A stretch of 64,000 bases of DNA. Origin: a virus (Duplodnaviria; Caudoviricetes). The position numbers were made by a program, and so were the translations under genes. Positions 18,530 to 26,921 of the stretch are shown one piece after another (the stretch's first letter is position 1; each line of letters starts with the position of its first letter). Where the stretch lies: positions 6,212 to 70,211 of the IMG/VR virus record IMGVR_UViG_3300037454_000194. One strand, given 5' to 3'. Under the pieces are notes generated by a model, which was not told the DNA's origin, did no database searches, and saw only the letters and a list, made by a program, of their open reading frames with translations.

Positions 18530-19546
18530 ATGGGTATCAAGGAATCTTTTGTACATGGTATGAAGTCTCTCGGTAGAGGCATCAAGGCTAAGAGTCCTAC
18601 AATCCTCGTGGTTGCGGGTACTATTGGTCTTGTTGGTGCAGGTGTCGCAGCTGTCATCAAGACCAAGGACGGCCTTCAGGAAGTTCTGGACCAGCACAAG
18701 AAGGATGTCGAGGCACTGAAGGACATCAAGGAGGGCAGAGTGATTCTCAGTGACTGCACAACAGAAGAGTTTGTTGAGAAGCGCTATAAGAAGTATCTCA
18801 CAGCTCAGTATTTTACAACGGTAGCGAGACTAGCGAAGTTCTATGCTCTCCCGCTTCTGATGGCAGCACTGTCTATCACTGCTATCATGACAGGTCACGG
18901 TATTCTTAATAAGTGGCATCTGACTGCGGTTGCAGAGTGTTACTCTGTTAAGGAGACACTCGATGAGTACCGTAAGAGAGTTGCGGGCGTTGTTGGTGAC
19001 GAGAAGGAAAAAGATATTTTCTTTGATAGAGCCAAAGAGATTATCACTGAGACTGTCACCGACGAAAACGGAGAGGAGAAGCAGGTCTCTAGAGAGGTGA
19101 CAACCAGTACTTGCCCGAGAACAAGCTATACCTATATTGTTTCGGAAGAGACAATGTGCGACTGCATCGATTTCAGATGGACGGCAGACGTTGAGAACAG
19201 ACTCCATATTCTTCTGAACAACGCAAATGAGTACTTCACCAGACATGACAGAGCCTGCACGCTCAATGACTTCATGGTACACCACTGGAAGGACGAATAT
19301 CTGATGGCTCATCCTGAAGTCTTTACAGATGGCTGGATGAAACACAACCCGCTTGTCGATGAGACTCTTCCGGACATCAATCCGATTGAGATGGAAGTTC
19401 ACAAGATCTCTGGTCCTGGCGAGCCGCTTAAGTACTCTGTAACCTTCAACGCACAGGGTAATATTGTTAATGCTGTTGCAGCTGCTAATGCCAAGAAGAG
19501 AGCGGCGAAGAAGCTTAACAAAAAAGTCAAAGCAAGAGTTATCTAA
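18530..19546 (+). CDS. Conserved phage protein with N-terminal TM (DUF6353-like), paralog of 13161
   Basis: IKAKSPTILVVAGTIGLVGAGVAAVIKT; LAKFYALPLLMAALSITAIMTGHGIL..YRKRVAGVVGDEKEKDI. Confidence 0.7.
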   Translation: MGIKESFVHGMKSLGRGIKAKSPTILVVAGTIGLVGAGVAAVIKTKDGLQEVLDQHKKDVEALKDIKEGRVILSDCTTEEFVEKRYKKYLTAQYFTTVARLAKFYALPLLMAALSITAIMTGHGILNKWHLTAVAECYSVKETLDEYRKRVAGVVGDEKEKDIFFDRAKEIITETVTDENGEEKQVSREVTTSTCPRTSYTYIVSEETMCDCIDFRWTADVENRLHILLNNANEYFTRHDRACTLNDFMVHHWKDEYLMAHPEVFTDGWMKHNPLVDETLPDINPIEMEVHKISGPGEPLKYSVTFNAQGNIVNAVAAANAKKRAAKKLNKKVKARVI

Positions 19547-19562
19547 TAGGAGGTGAGACGAG

Positions 19563-19742
19563 ATGAGTAAGGCAAAGACTGTAAAGGTTGTGGCCCTGGC
19601 AATTGCTGGGGCTCTCCTTACTCTCTACAGCTATGTCACTGGTACAATTGATGGCAAAAATCAAAATGAGCCGTTTGACGTGACACCTGTAGGAGAGGAT
19701 GAAAGTGAGGACCCTGAGGAAGTAGCTCAGGACACTCAGTAA
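19563..19742 (+). CDS. 59-aa membrane-anchored protein with acidic tail (not in ORF track)
   Basis: RBS AGGAGGTGA; MSKAKTVKVVALAIAGALLTLYSYVTG..EDESEDPEEVAQDTQ. Confidence 0.7.
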   Translation: MSKAKTVKVVALAIAGALLTLYSYVTGTIDGKNQNEPFDVTPVGEDESEDPEEVAQDTQ

Positions 19743-19775
19743 GTTATATTTATGAATTCTAAGGAGGAAGTATCA

Positions 19776-20276
19776 ATGATGAATTACAATAAGACTGGAT
19801 ACAGCACCAGAGAGGTTGCTCAGATTCTCGGCTGCATCCCTCAGACCGTTATCAATAAGATCAACAGCGGAGACCTTAAAGCTCTCGTAGATGGCGGACT
19901 CGAAAAAGGCAAGCGCCGCAAAATCCGCATCACCAGAGACCAGCTCTGTGACTTCTTTAAGAGACATAAAGATTACTACGAGAAGGAGACTGTCAAAGCC
20001 TTCATGAAGTCGTGTAATGTGACAGAAGATTTGACACTTGAAGAGACTCCAGAGGTTCATGACATCAAAGAACTCACAGGAGCATGGGCTGATATTGTCG
20101 GTAACACCGTTGATACTTCTGGCCTTAAATCAACTGAAACCAACCAGCTCTTAGTAGACGGGCGTATCATGGTATGTAACGTCGAAAAGAAAACAATCAA
20201 AGCCATTCTCGATGCATTGCTTGAAGACTCTCAATTCCAGGCGACAAGCATTGAGATTAAGCTCGGAAAGGAGTGA
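19776..20276 (+). CDS. Excisionase-like (HTH_17) DNA-binding protein
   Basis: YSTREVAQILGCIPQTVINKINSGDLKA..RKIRITRDQLCDF. Confidence 0.8.
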   Translation: MMNYNKTGYSTREVAQILGCIPQTVINKINSGDLKALVDGGLEKGKRRKIRITRDQLCDFFKRHKDYYEKETVKAFMKSCNVTEDLTLEETPEVHDIKELTGAWADIVGNTVDTSGLKSTETNQLLVDGRIMVCNVEKKTIKAILDALLEDSQFQATSIEIKLGKE

Positions 20277-20281
20277 TATTT

Positions 20282-20569
20282 TTGGCTGAATCTGTGCTCA
20301 TCAGACGAAATGACTACATCGCAAGTATTAAGGCTGATATTTCTAACATGAAACAGCTCATTAAGACTTGCGATGACGAGATCAGTTCTGCAAACGCTCT
20401 TCTTGACATGTGTCGTGAGAACAAGACTCTCCGGAAGTTCAAGAAGGTTGTGAAGTACGATCTCAAATGTGTTACGAAAGAGAAGAAATTCTACGAACGT
20501 AACATGAAATCTCTCTACAAGCTGCTACTTAAGGCCGAGAAATACACCCCTGGAAGTAATCAACAGTGA
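20282..20569 (+). CDS. Hypothetical coiled-coil protein
   Basis: RBS AAGGAG, TTG start. Confidence 0.6.
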   Translation: MAESVLIRRNDYIASIKADISNMKQLIKTCDDEISSANALLDMCRENKTLRKFKKVVKYDLKCVTKEKKFYERNMKSLYKLLLKAEKYTPGSNQQ

Positions 20570-20579
20570 GGTGTAGTAA

Positions 20580-20858
20580 TTGGACTACAGAAACTTCGAG
20601 TACTACTTCCCTCGTAGACTTGAAGAGGCACTAACCATGAGGGGCTACGATGAAAAGACTTTAGAGGATTTGGGGGTTATCTCCCAGTCCTCTATTCGTA
20701 GCTATATTCAGGGAGAAGTGGTTCCTAATTTAAGAACCGCTGTAAAACTTGCTGAATTTCTCGATGTGTCTCTCGATTACCTATGCGGAGAAGGAGCAGA
20801 TAGTGATATTTACAGCGAAATAGCCATGAGGGACGACAGGAAGGCTCCGTGGCTATAA
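20580..20858 (+). CDS. XRE-family HTH protein
   Basis: ISQSSIRSYIQGEVVPNLRTAVKLAEFLDVSLDYLCG. Confidence 0.85.
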   Translation: MDYRNFEYYFPRRLEEALTMRGYDEKTLEDLGVISQSSIRSYIQGEVVPNLRTAVKLAEFLDVSLDYLCGEGADSDIYSEIAMRDDRKAPWL

Positions 20859-20886
20859 GTTCTGTCTTTTAAGGGAGGTCTTTATC

Positions 20887-21066
20887 TTGATATTTAAAGA
20901 AGTGGAACGTCATGGAGGGTATGGCGTTGCTAAGAAACGTAAGAAAGAGATTGAAGAAAAGACCAATTGTAAGGTTTTCGTCTTCAAAGATCTCTCGAAC
21001 AACCCTTTTACCTCGTTTCGTACAGATCAGTACATCGTGGCAATAGAGGAGCGTAACGATGACTGA
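20887..21066 (+). CDS. 59-aa hypothetical protein (not in ORF track)
   Basis: RBS GGGAGG, TTG start, fills the gap and overlaps the next ATG. Confidence 0.55.
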   Translation: MIFKEVERHGGYGVAKKRKKEIEEKTNCKVFVFKDLSNNPFTSFRTDQYIVAIEERNDD

Positions 21067-21259
21067 CACCCATATTTACTGTGACAGATGTGGGAAGGAG
21101 CTCAAAGGTCCTTATATTTCTCAGCTTAGAGTTCTGGATTACAGCGTTAGTGACAAGTATCAGCAGTATGATATTTGTCCTTCTTGTATGAGAGGGTTAT
21201 GGAACTTTATGGAGCGGAGGGTTCTTTCCTATTCTGATATTACTAAGGAGGATTTTTGA
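21059..21259 (+). CDS. Small zinc-ribbon protein
   Basis: YCDRCGKE...DICPSC. Confidence 0.75.
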   Translation: MTDTHIYCDRCGKELKGPYISQLRVLDYSVSDKYQQYDICPSCMRGLWNFMERRVLSYSDITKEDF

Positions 21260-21260
21260 T

Positions 21261-21902
21261 ATGAAATCTATTATTTGTGGACTTCTGGGATTTACACTGG
21301 GCGGTGCTATTGGATATTTTGTAGCTTACCGTCAGTTCAAGAAAAAGCTCGAAAAGGAAATTGCCAAAGTAGAGCAAACTCAGAAAGATATTTACGAGAA
21401 AAAACTCAAAGACCAAGAAGAAGAGTTCAACGATGATTACGACGACGGTGTTGTAGACTCAGATAAAGTTGTCTGGGACAATGCCGAAGAAGAGAGAGAA
21501 AGCGAATATGAGCCGCCTAAAGAAGACGATAACGACGCCGTAGATGAGGACGAGGAAGAATGGATCGACTACGACGAGAGAGCAAGGTATGAATTTTACA
21601 AAAAGTTTGAGGATTATATTGGAACGTGTATTCCGTATCCTATTACACAGGATCAGTATGAAGACAGAGAGACACTTCATACCCAGATTGAACTCGTCTA
21701 TTACCCTGAAGAGGATAAGGCCTTCTGCAAGCTTGACAATGAGGAATACGAGTCGTTCCATAGCGACATTGGTGATGAGGACTATGATACCCTTAATGAG
21801 GCCAACTGCTTTGACTATCCTGGGGTGTGGTATATTAGAAACGACGGCGAGGGTATTGACTATCAGGTAGAAATTGGCAATAGAATTCTCGAGAATTTGT
21901 GA
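21261..21902 (+). CDS. Membrane-anchored acidic hypothetical protein
   Basis: N-terminal TM, coiled coil, very acidic middle, WYIRND..DYQV C-terminus. Confidence 0.75.
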   Translation: MKSIICGLLGFTLGGAIGYFVAYRQFKKKLEKEIAKVEQTQKDIYEKKLKDQEEEFNDDYDDGVVDSDKVVWDNAEEERESEYEPPKEDDNDAVDEDEEEWIDYDERARYEFYKKFEDYIGTCIPYPITQDQYEDRETLHTQIELVYYPEEDKAFCKLDNEEYESFHSDIGDEDYDTLNEANCFDYPGVWYIRNDGEGIDYQVEIGNRILENL

Positions 21903-21904
21903 TA

Positions 21905-21922
21905 TTTTCAGTTTCTATAATG
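21905..21922 (+). promoter_or_regulatory. Phage promoter motif
   Basis: TTTTCA GTTTC TATAAT G. Confidence 0.8.
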
Positions 21923-22054
21923 AAGGAAGAAAGCGGATGTGGCATTTAAGAAGAGGCGTTTAGTATTCCCTAATTGACTATATGGATGTATAGAATAGGG
22001 CGGATTAACTCAGGTTGACGCACTGGCGTAGGGGGGTAGCACCTTCCCTTCCTT
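21922..22054 (+). ncRNA. Candidate rod-shaped structured RNA
   Basis: Starts at the promoter G; GAAGGAAG closes with CTTCCCTTCC; nested CCCTA/TAGGG and CTATAT/GTATAG stems; no ORF. Confidence 0.5.
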
Positions 22055-22077
22055 ATAATTTTTGAAAGGAGGAACTC

Positions 22078-22755
22078 ATGTTACTAGGAATGTTAATAAG
22101 GCGCTTTGAAGCTATCGACCTCGAGCGAAGAGACACCTTAACTCGTTACAAAATAGCAAAGCACCTTGATAAGAAAAAGGAGGAACGGCAAATGCATAAC
22201 CCTGACGAAATGAACATGATATTTAACGCGACAGTAGCAGACTGCAACAATAAAGGCAAATACGGTATAGCACCAACTGAAGTAAAACCACAAAAGCGTA
22301 TCTCCAAGGACTTATATTATTTGGAGATTGCAAAGGCTGTGTCTCTAAGAAGTACGTGTCTAAGACGAAGATATGGCGCGGTGCTTGTAAAAGATGACCG
22401 CATTGTATCTACAGGTTACAATGGTGCCCCAAGAGGCAGAGAGAACTGTTGTGACACTGGGTTTTGCAAGAGAAAAGCACTTAATATCCCGGCAGGACAA
22501 CAGTACGAGCTTTGCAAGTCTGTCCATGCCGAACAAAACGCTATTATTGCAGCTGGATACAGATATTCAGAAGGTGCAACATTATATTTAGCAGGGATTG
22601 AAGCTGATAGTGGAAAGCCAATCGAGAAACCTGATTGCTGCATGATGTGTAAGAGGGTAATCATCAATGCGGGAGTTCAGAAAGTTATATTCTTAAATAG
22701 CGACGGGACTATAAGAGTTCAGAACGTTTCTGACTGGGTCAATAGCGAGGAGTGA
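22078..22755 (+). CDS. dCMP deaminase (alternative start 22192)
   Basis: RSTCLRRRYGAVLVKDDRIVSTGYNGAP, SVHAEQNAII, PDCCMMCKRVIINAG zinc motifs. Confidence 0.95.
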   Translation: MLLGMLIRRFEAIDLERRDTLTRYKIAKHLDKKKEERQMHNPDEMNMIFNATVADCNNKGKYGIAPTEVKPQKRISKDLYYLEIAKAVSLRSTCLRRRYGAVLVKDDRIVSTGYNGAPRGRENCCDTGFCKRKALNIPAGQQYELCKSVHAEQNAIIAAGYRYSEGATLYLAGIEADSGKPIEKPDCCMMCKRVIINAGVQKVIFLNSDGTIRVQNVSDWVNSEE

Positions 22756-22762
22756 AAATCGT

Positions 22763-22867
22763 ATGAAGGATAAGAAAGACATGAAGACTACGATATTTGC
22801 GATTCTTGGCATTATTGCTCTTGTCGCGTTCGGTGGTTTTCTATGGTATTTGGGAGGAACTTACTAA
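22763..22867 (+). CDS. 34-aa single-TM peptide (not in ORF track)
   Basis: MKDKKDMKTTIFAILGIIALVAFGGFLWYLGGTY; stop overlaps the next ATG. Confidence 0.5.
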   Translation: MKDKKDMKTTIFAILGIIALVAFGGFLWYLGGTY

Positions 22868-23256
22868 TGGGAGAATATACCAAGAGATTTGATCGTATTG
22901 AAGAATGTTATATTCCGGGAACAGCAATGCCTCCTGTCAAAGATGAATGGAGGTTCGCGTCATCCTATCACATATGGAAGTCTTTAGTTACTGGCATTGG
23001 AGAGAAGCCTAAAAAGTACGCTCCTTTTAAATCACGCGTTAGACCTGAAGTAAGCGGTAACGTAATTTCTATCTGTGTCAACGAGCAGGACGAAGAACCT
23101 CGTTGTGTATTCATCCCGTTTTCTGAGCTTACTATTTCGAAGTACGTAGTGAAGACGATGTACAAGCTGATATCAGACGATGATGAGGGCGTCTTAATTG
23201 CTTGCAAGGAATTAGAGCCAATAGCTATTCTAGATACGGAGTGCTGGTACCCATGA
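22867..23256 (+). CDS. Hypothetical protein
   Basis: Translationally coupled on both sides. Confidence 0.6.
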   Translation: MGEYTKRFDRIEECYIPGTAMPPVKDEWRFASSYHIWKSLVTGIGEKPKKYAPFKSRVRPEVSGNVISICVNEQDEEPRCVFIPFSELTISKYVVKTMYKLISDDDEGVLIACKELEPIAILDTECWYP

Positions 23257-23510
23257 GATTAAGAGTGATTTACGAGCTCCAAGAAGTCGACACTATTGAT
23301 CTTACTCCCGCTGATATCAACTATTTATTCGGCATCGAGATTGAGGCAATAGAGTACGACTTTGACATCGCTCATCAAGAGATAATCTTAACCGCTGCAA
23401 CATCACAAATAAATAACTATCTTCGCGGTGTTGACATAGCCTTTAGAAAGAAACTTGATGAGCTCGGAGCCAATTTTATAGGAAGGAGCGAGTACGTTGG
23501 GGATTCGTGA
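23253..23510 (+). CDS. Hypothetical protein
   Basis: ATGA overlap with the upstream stop. Confidence 0.55.
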   Translation: MRLRVIYELQEVDTIDLTPADINYLFGIEIEAIEYDFDIAHQEIILTAATSQINNYLRGVDIAFRKKLDELGANFIGRSEYVGDS

Positions 23511-23784
23511 CGATGATATTTCTAAGATGTCTCCTGAAAGAGCGAGGCGAACTAGGGAGTCATTCGAGCAACAACTAAGAATCAATCGAGATAAGCTCAT
23601 AATCCTTAAGAACAGACGGCATAAGATACTCAAAAAACTTGATAAAGAAATCGCTGACGTAGAAGAACATATCTCAATATTAGCAAATACCATTCACGAG
23701 ATAGATACCTGCCACTTCAGTAATGTTCCTGACCTGGAGCTTGACGGGGAGGAGGTGGAGTACGAGTATGAAGATCTTTTGTGA
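23497..23784 (+). CDS. Hypothetical coiled-coil protein
   Basis: RBS GGAG, TTG start. Confidence 0.6.
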   Translation: MGIRDDDISKMSPERARRTRESFEQQLRINRDKLIILKNRRHKILKKLDKEIADVEEHISILANTIHEIDTCHFSNVPDLELDGEEVEYEYEDLL

Positions 23785-24259
23785 GTACAATGGCTACTTT
23801 TTGTATCTTCTAAGAGTCATAGGTGTCGAAGAGGATGATATCTTAGTCAAGAACTTAGTGCGGATGTTTGAGCGAGAGTACTATTGGAAAAATCCGATCG
23901 ATAGCTCTATAACAGGCCATGTTGACGAGCTACGAGCCAATGCCATGAGATACGGAGATGTAAGTCCTACTGATATTCCAAATAGACCTGTATCAGTGTT
24001 AGAGACTCTTACTGCTCTTGCTATACTGATTGACTTAAAGCTCTTATACGATGAGGATAATCCAGGCGGGAACGTCGGATTATATTTTATGGACCTCGTA
24101 GAAGAGCTTGGGTTTGACTGTGACAAGGACAGTATTGACTCCGCTATCGACGACTTTCTGGATGGCAAGAGAAAGATAGCGAAACTCGGAGACACTCTAT
24201 GGCAACAATGCAATAACAAGTTCTCAGAATACTTTGACATCATGACAGGCGACGAGTGA
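23768..24259 (+). CDS. Conserved hypothetical phage protein
   Basis: RBS GGAGGAGG region; PVSVLETLTALA motif. Confidence 0.7.
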   Translation: MKIFCEYNGYFLYLLRVIGVEEDDILVKNLVRMFEREYYWKNPIDSSITGHVDELRANAMRYGDVSPTDIPNRPVSVLETLTALAILIDLKLLYDEDNPGGNVGLYFMDLVEELGFDCDKDSIDSAIDDFLDGKRKIAKLGDTLWQQCNNKFSEYFDIMTGDE

Positions 24260-24283
24260 TATTTTACAAGCATACTCTCAACA

Positions 24284-24301
24284 TTTTCAAGTCATATAAT
24301 G
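24284..24301 (+). promoter_or_regulatory. Phage promoter motif
   Basis: TTTTCA AGTCA TATAAT G, then ACTCGG/CCGGGT hairpin. Confidence 0.8.
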
Positions 24302-24354
24302 GACTCGGAGATACCGGGTTCCTAGATGACTTATATTTATAGGAGGTAATACTT

Positions 24355-24636
24355 ATGGCTATTGTGAGAACGGTGTTCAAAGGAGTGAGTCACACACTCG
24401 GAGAAGTAGCAGTAGTTGGATTAGCTCTCGGAACTGCCTGGGCGTGTGGTTTCGTGAAAGGATCCAACCTGAAATCTGAGGTGCGTGGCTTTTGCAACCG
24501 TATCGAGAAAGACCTCAAGGAAACCATGAAGAACACGGAATCAAAGGAACCTGCTGCAGAACACGAAGCGGAGTCCGAACGGGGAACCACTGCTCCCCCT
24601 ATCAAAGTGAGTAGTAACGACCAGCCGGAGGACTGA
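24355..24636 (+). CDS. Membrane-anchored protein with acidic tail (cassette gene)
   Basis: Promoter 24284, RBS AGGAGG, terminator 24643. Confidence 0.75.
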   Translation: MAIVRTVFKGVSHTLGEVAVVGLALGTAWACGFVKGSNLKSEVRGFCNRIEKDLKETMKNTESKEPAAEHEAESERGTTAPPIKVSSNDQPED

Positions 24637-24642
24637 CCGGCA

Positions 24643-24679
24643 AGGCAGGGCCCTAGAGAAATCTGGGGCTCTAGTCCTT
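24643..24679 (+). terminator. Cassette 3' hairpin
   Basis: AGGGCCCTAGA/TCTGGGGCTCT. Confidence 0.65.
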
Positions 24680-24711
24680 ATATTTTCTGAAATTTAAAAA
24701 GGAGTATTGAT

Positions 24712-24888
24712 ATGAAAGTACAATTCATGAGATATAGTCTCGTTGATGGTAAGTATGTAAAGCTTGGTAAGGTAAGAGACATGACACAGGAGTCTATCGA
24801 ACTCAAACTGCAGGAGTACTCTGAGAAGAATCCTTACTCGCATTACTACGTAGTCTATCCTGAATCACAAAAATTTCAACGCGTATAA
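24712..24888 (+). CDS. 58-aa hypothetical protein (not in ORF track); its stop is the TAA of the next promoter's TATAAT
   Basis: RBS AAAGGAG; MKVQFMRYSLVDGKYVKLGK..SQKFQRV. Confidence 0.65.
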   Translation: MKVQFMRYSLVDGKYVKLGKVRDMTQESIELKLQEYSEKNPYSHYYVVYPESQKFQRV

Positions 24889-24890
24889 TG
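24873..24890 (+). promoter_or_regulatory. Phage promoter motif
   Basis: ATTTCA ACGCG TATAAT G. Confidence 0.75.
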
Positions 24891-24985
24891 GTCTAAGACC
24901 GACGTTGCCACTCCAATGGCAAAACTTTGTTCTTGAGACTGATTTGATTTGAGCCACAGATAGAACGGACAAGTTCAGTGGCTAT
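24890..24985 (+). ncRNA. Candidate small RNA (ORF-less cassette)
   Basis: Promoter 24873, stems GTCTAAGA/TCTTGAGAC and TTGCCA/TGGCAA, terminator 24951; no RBS-led ORF. Confidence 0.5.
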
Positions 24986-24990
24986 TTCTT
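24951..24990 (+). terminator. Cassette 3' hairpin
   Basis: AGCCAC/GTGGCT with inner GAAC/GTTC. Confidence 0.55.
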
Positions 24991-24995
24991 TTATA

Positions 24996-25013
24996 TTTTC
25001 AACGCCTCTAATG
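24996..25013 (+). promoter_or_regulatory. Phage promoter motif (variant)
   Basis: TTTTCA ACGCC TCTAAT G, then RBS directly. Confidence 0.7.
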
Positions 25014-25029
25014 AAAGGAGGTGATAGCT

Positions 25030-25200
25030 ATGACAGAAAACATTAGAGCACGAGAAGCTGCTAGAATGTATGTTACGTACGTTAAGGAACTTAAAACGAT
25101 TGACAAAGAAAAAGATCCTTATACGTATGAGAAAACATTACAACTGGTTTGGATTTGTGCTATGATGTTAAAAAGATATAACGTAAAGATCACACTTTAA
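25030..25200 (+). CDS. 56-aa hypothetical protein (cassette gene, not in ORF track)
   Basis: Promoter 24996, RBS AAAGGAGGTGA, terminator 25209. Confidence 0.7.
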   Translation: MTENIRAREAARMYVTYVKELKTIDKEKDPYTYEKTLQLVWICAMMLKRYNVKITL

Positions 25201-25208
25201 CTTATATT

Positions 25209-25240
25209 TAGAGCTGCTAATTCAGTGGCTCTATTTTCTT
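25209..25240 (+). terminator. Cassette 3' hairpin
   Basis: TAGAGCTGC/GTGGCTCTA followed by TTTTCTT. Confidence 0.65.
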
Positions 25241-25267
25241 AAATAAAAAAAATAGGAGGAATCCAAT

Positions 25268-25834
25268 ATGTCTAGTAAAAAACACGATGACGAATATGTT
25301 GAGATAGAAAATTATCCTGATTATTATATAAATAGAAGCGGGGATGTTATAAGTAAAAAAGGTATAAAAGAAAGACACCTATCAACGAAACCATTAGATA
25401 AAGGATATAAAAATGTTAAAATGATAAACAAGAATGGAGAGAGACGGAGAGAATTTATACATAGAATATTAGCAAAAACTTTTATAGAAAATACAGACAA
25501 TCAATCAATCGTACGCCATCTCGATGATAATAAATTAAATAATACTTTGGATAATTTAGCATGGGGAAATCAGCAAGATAATACAGATGACGCAGTTCGA
25601 AATGGAATTATAATACGAAATAGTATATATTGCTATGAAACAGATACCATTTATACGAGCGCTCATGAGGCTTCACAAAAAATCGGAATAAGAGAATCTA
25701 GCATACAACAAGCAGCTAGAGGTCTTATGTGCCATGCTAAAGGATATCACTTTTGTTATGAAAAAGACATGGACGAAAAATTAAGCAATATTAATGAATG
25801 GATTGTTTGCAAAAATAAACCACATAATCGTTAA
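25268..25834 (+). CDS. Free-standing HNH homing endonuclease (NUMOD4-like N-terminus, HNH, C-terminal NUMOD1-like)
   Basis: IENYPDYYINRSGDVIS, IHRILAKTF..IVRHLDDNKLNNTLDNLAWGNQQDN; markedly AT-rich relative to its neighbours. Confidence 0.9.
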   Translation: MSSKKHDDEYVEIENYPDYYINRSGDVISKKGIKERHLSTKPLDKGYKNVKMINKNGERRREFIHRILAKTFIENTDNQSIVRHLDDNKLNNTLDNLAWGNQQDNTDDAVRNGIIIRNSIYCYETDTIYTSAHEASQKIGIRESSIQQAARGLMCHAKGYHFCYEKDMDEKLSNINEWIVCKNKPHNR

Positions 25835-25851
25835 CGTTTGAACACAAAAGA

Positions 25852-25926
25852 GCCCTAGTACCCTCAATCGGTTAGAGGATCGGTCTTATAAACCGGAAGT
25901 TCTGGGTTCGAGTCCCAGCTAGGGTA
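25852..25926 (+). tRNA. tRNA-Ile(UAU)
   Basis: Acceptor GCCCTAG/CTAGGGT, D arm, anticodon stem TCGGT/ACCGG with loop CT-TAT-AA, T arm CTGGG-TTCGAGT-CCCAG; no encoded CCA. Confidence 0.9.
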
Positions 25927-25947
25927 TTGTATTTTTCAACCTCATTT

Positions 25948-25965
25948 TTTTCAACTCGTATAATG
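25948..25965 (+). promoter_or_regulatory. Phage promoter motif
   Basis: TTTTCA ACTCG TATAAT G, then GNRA hairpin. Confidence 0.8.
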
Positions 25966-26012
25966 GACCGTTTGAGAAAGCGGTACTATTTTACTAAAGG
26001 AGGTCTATACTT

Positions 26013-26384
26013 ATGACCGAAAAAGAAATGATTGAATATCTGGAGTCGCATGGATACAAAGTGCGAAGAAAGGATAGTTGGACAAAACCAACATTCGACA
26101 AACTTGCAGAATATGCCTTTGAGGTCGGATATCTTGACTCAGATGACCCTAAAATACACAAAGTATACAATAGGGATAAATGGGGAAAGATAAATTCGAT
26201 CTTAAGGCACATTGCAAGAAGACGATTTGATTGGAAGAAAGGAGGAAGCTGGTCCTGGGAATTCGTAGAAGAAAACAGGAGAGACGAAGCCAGAGAATTG
26301 ATCATGTATTACGGAAAGAAGATAATAGAAGGTAAAATCGTATTTAATCGGAAAACTAAAAAGTATGAGGAAGTCCCTGATTAA
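26013..26384 (+). CDS. Hypothetical basic protein (cassette gene)
   Basis: Promoter 25948, RBS AAAGGAGG, terminator 26372. Confidence 0.75.
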   Translation: MTEKEMIEYLESHGYKVRRKDSWTKPTFDKLAEYAFEVGYLDSDDPKIHKVYNRDKWGKINSILRHIARRRFDWKKGGSWSWEFVEENRRDEARELIMYYGKKIIEGKIVFNRKTKKYEEVPD

Positions 26385-26405
26385 TTTCAGGGGCTCTCCC
26401 TTTTT
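26372..26405 (+). terminator. Cassette 3' hairpin overlapping the ORF end
   Basis: AGTCCCTGA/TCAGGGGCT followed by T-run. Confidence 0.65.
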
Positions 26406-26409
26406 ATAT

Positions 26410-26427
26410 TTTTCAACCCTTATAATG
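26410..26427 (+). promoter_or_regulatory. Phage promoter motif
   Basis: TTTTCA ACCCT TATAAT G, then hairpin. Confidence 0.8.
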
Positions 26428-26473
26428 GACCGTTTGAGAAAAGCGGTACTATTTTACTAAAGGAGGTACGTAT

Positions 26474-26800
26474 ATGCGTATCAATATCTTTACGGCGATA
26501 CCATTAGGAGTGTATCTGCACAAAGTTGAAAAGGAAAGAAAGGATGGATGGGAAGACACGGATAAATGGATCCAAGATGCGGCGAAGCTGATTTACGAAA
26601 GCGAATGTAGCTGCGGAAAGAAAATGAACAAAAGCAAATTTGGTTCATTGGAAAACTGTCATGCTGCGTATGATCTTCTGAAATGGAGAGCTTCGGATCT
26701 TGGGCTCGATCTGATTCTTTTCACCATGGATGCCTGTAACTGGGCAGATCGGTACAAAAGATATGTGAAGGATTATCCGAAATCCAAAAGTAAAATCTAA
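26474..26800 (+). CDS. Hypothetical protein (cassette gene)
   Basis: Promoter 26410, RBS AAAGGAGG, terminator 26806. Confidence 0.75.
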   Translation: MRINIFTAIPLGVYLHKVEKERKDGWEDTDKWIQDAAKLIYESECSCGKKMNKSKFGSLENCHAAYDLLKWRASDLGLDLILFTMDACNWADRYKRYVKDYPKSKSKI

Positions 26801-26805
26801 TCTAA

Positions 26806-26840
26806 TGAGAGGGGCTAACTAATCAGCTCCTCTCAATTCT
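26806..26840 (+). terminator. Cassette 3' hairpin
   Basis: GAGAGGGGCT/AGCTCCTCTC. Confidence 0.7.
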
Positions 26841-26859
26841 CTCCTTTTAAGTCACAAAT

Positions 26860-26877
26860 TTTTCAGCGACTATAATG
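26860..26877 (+). promoter_or_regulatory. Phage promoter motif
   Basis: TTTTCA GCGAC TATAAT G, then GAGGA/TCCTC. Confidence 0.8.
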
Positions 26878-26921
26878 AGGAGGATAACAAGGTCCTCCCG
26901 CTTGTGAAAAGGAGGATAACT

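Noticed and set aside
21922-22054. SRP (4.5S) RNA because of CAGG...AGCA
   Set aside because: Spacing and the GGAA tetraloop stem of SRP domain IV are absent; a 6S identity also cannot be asserted from sequence alone
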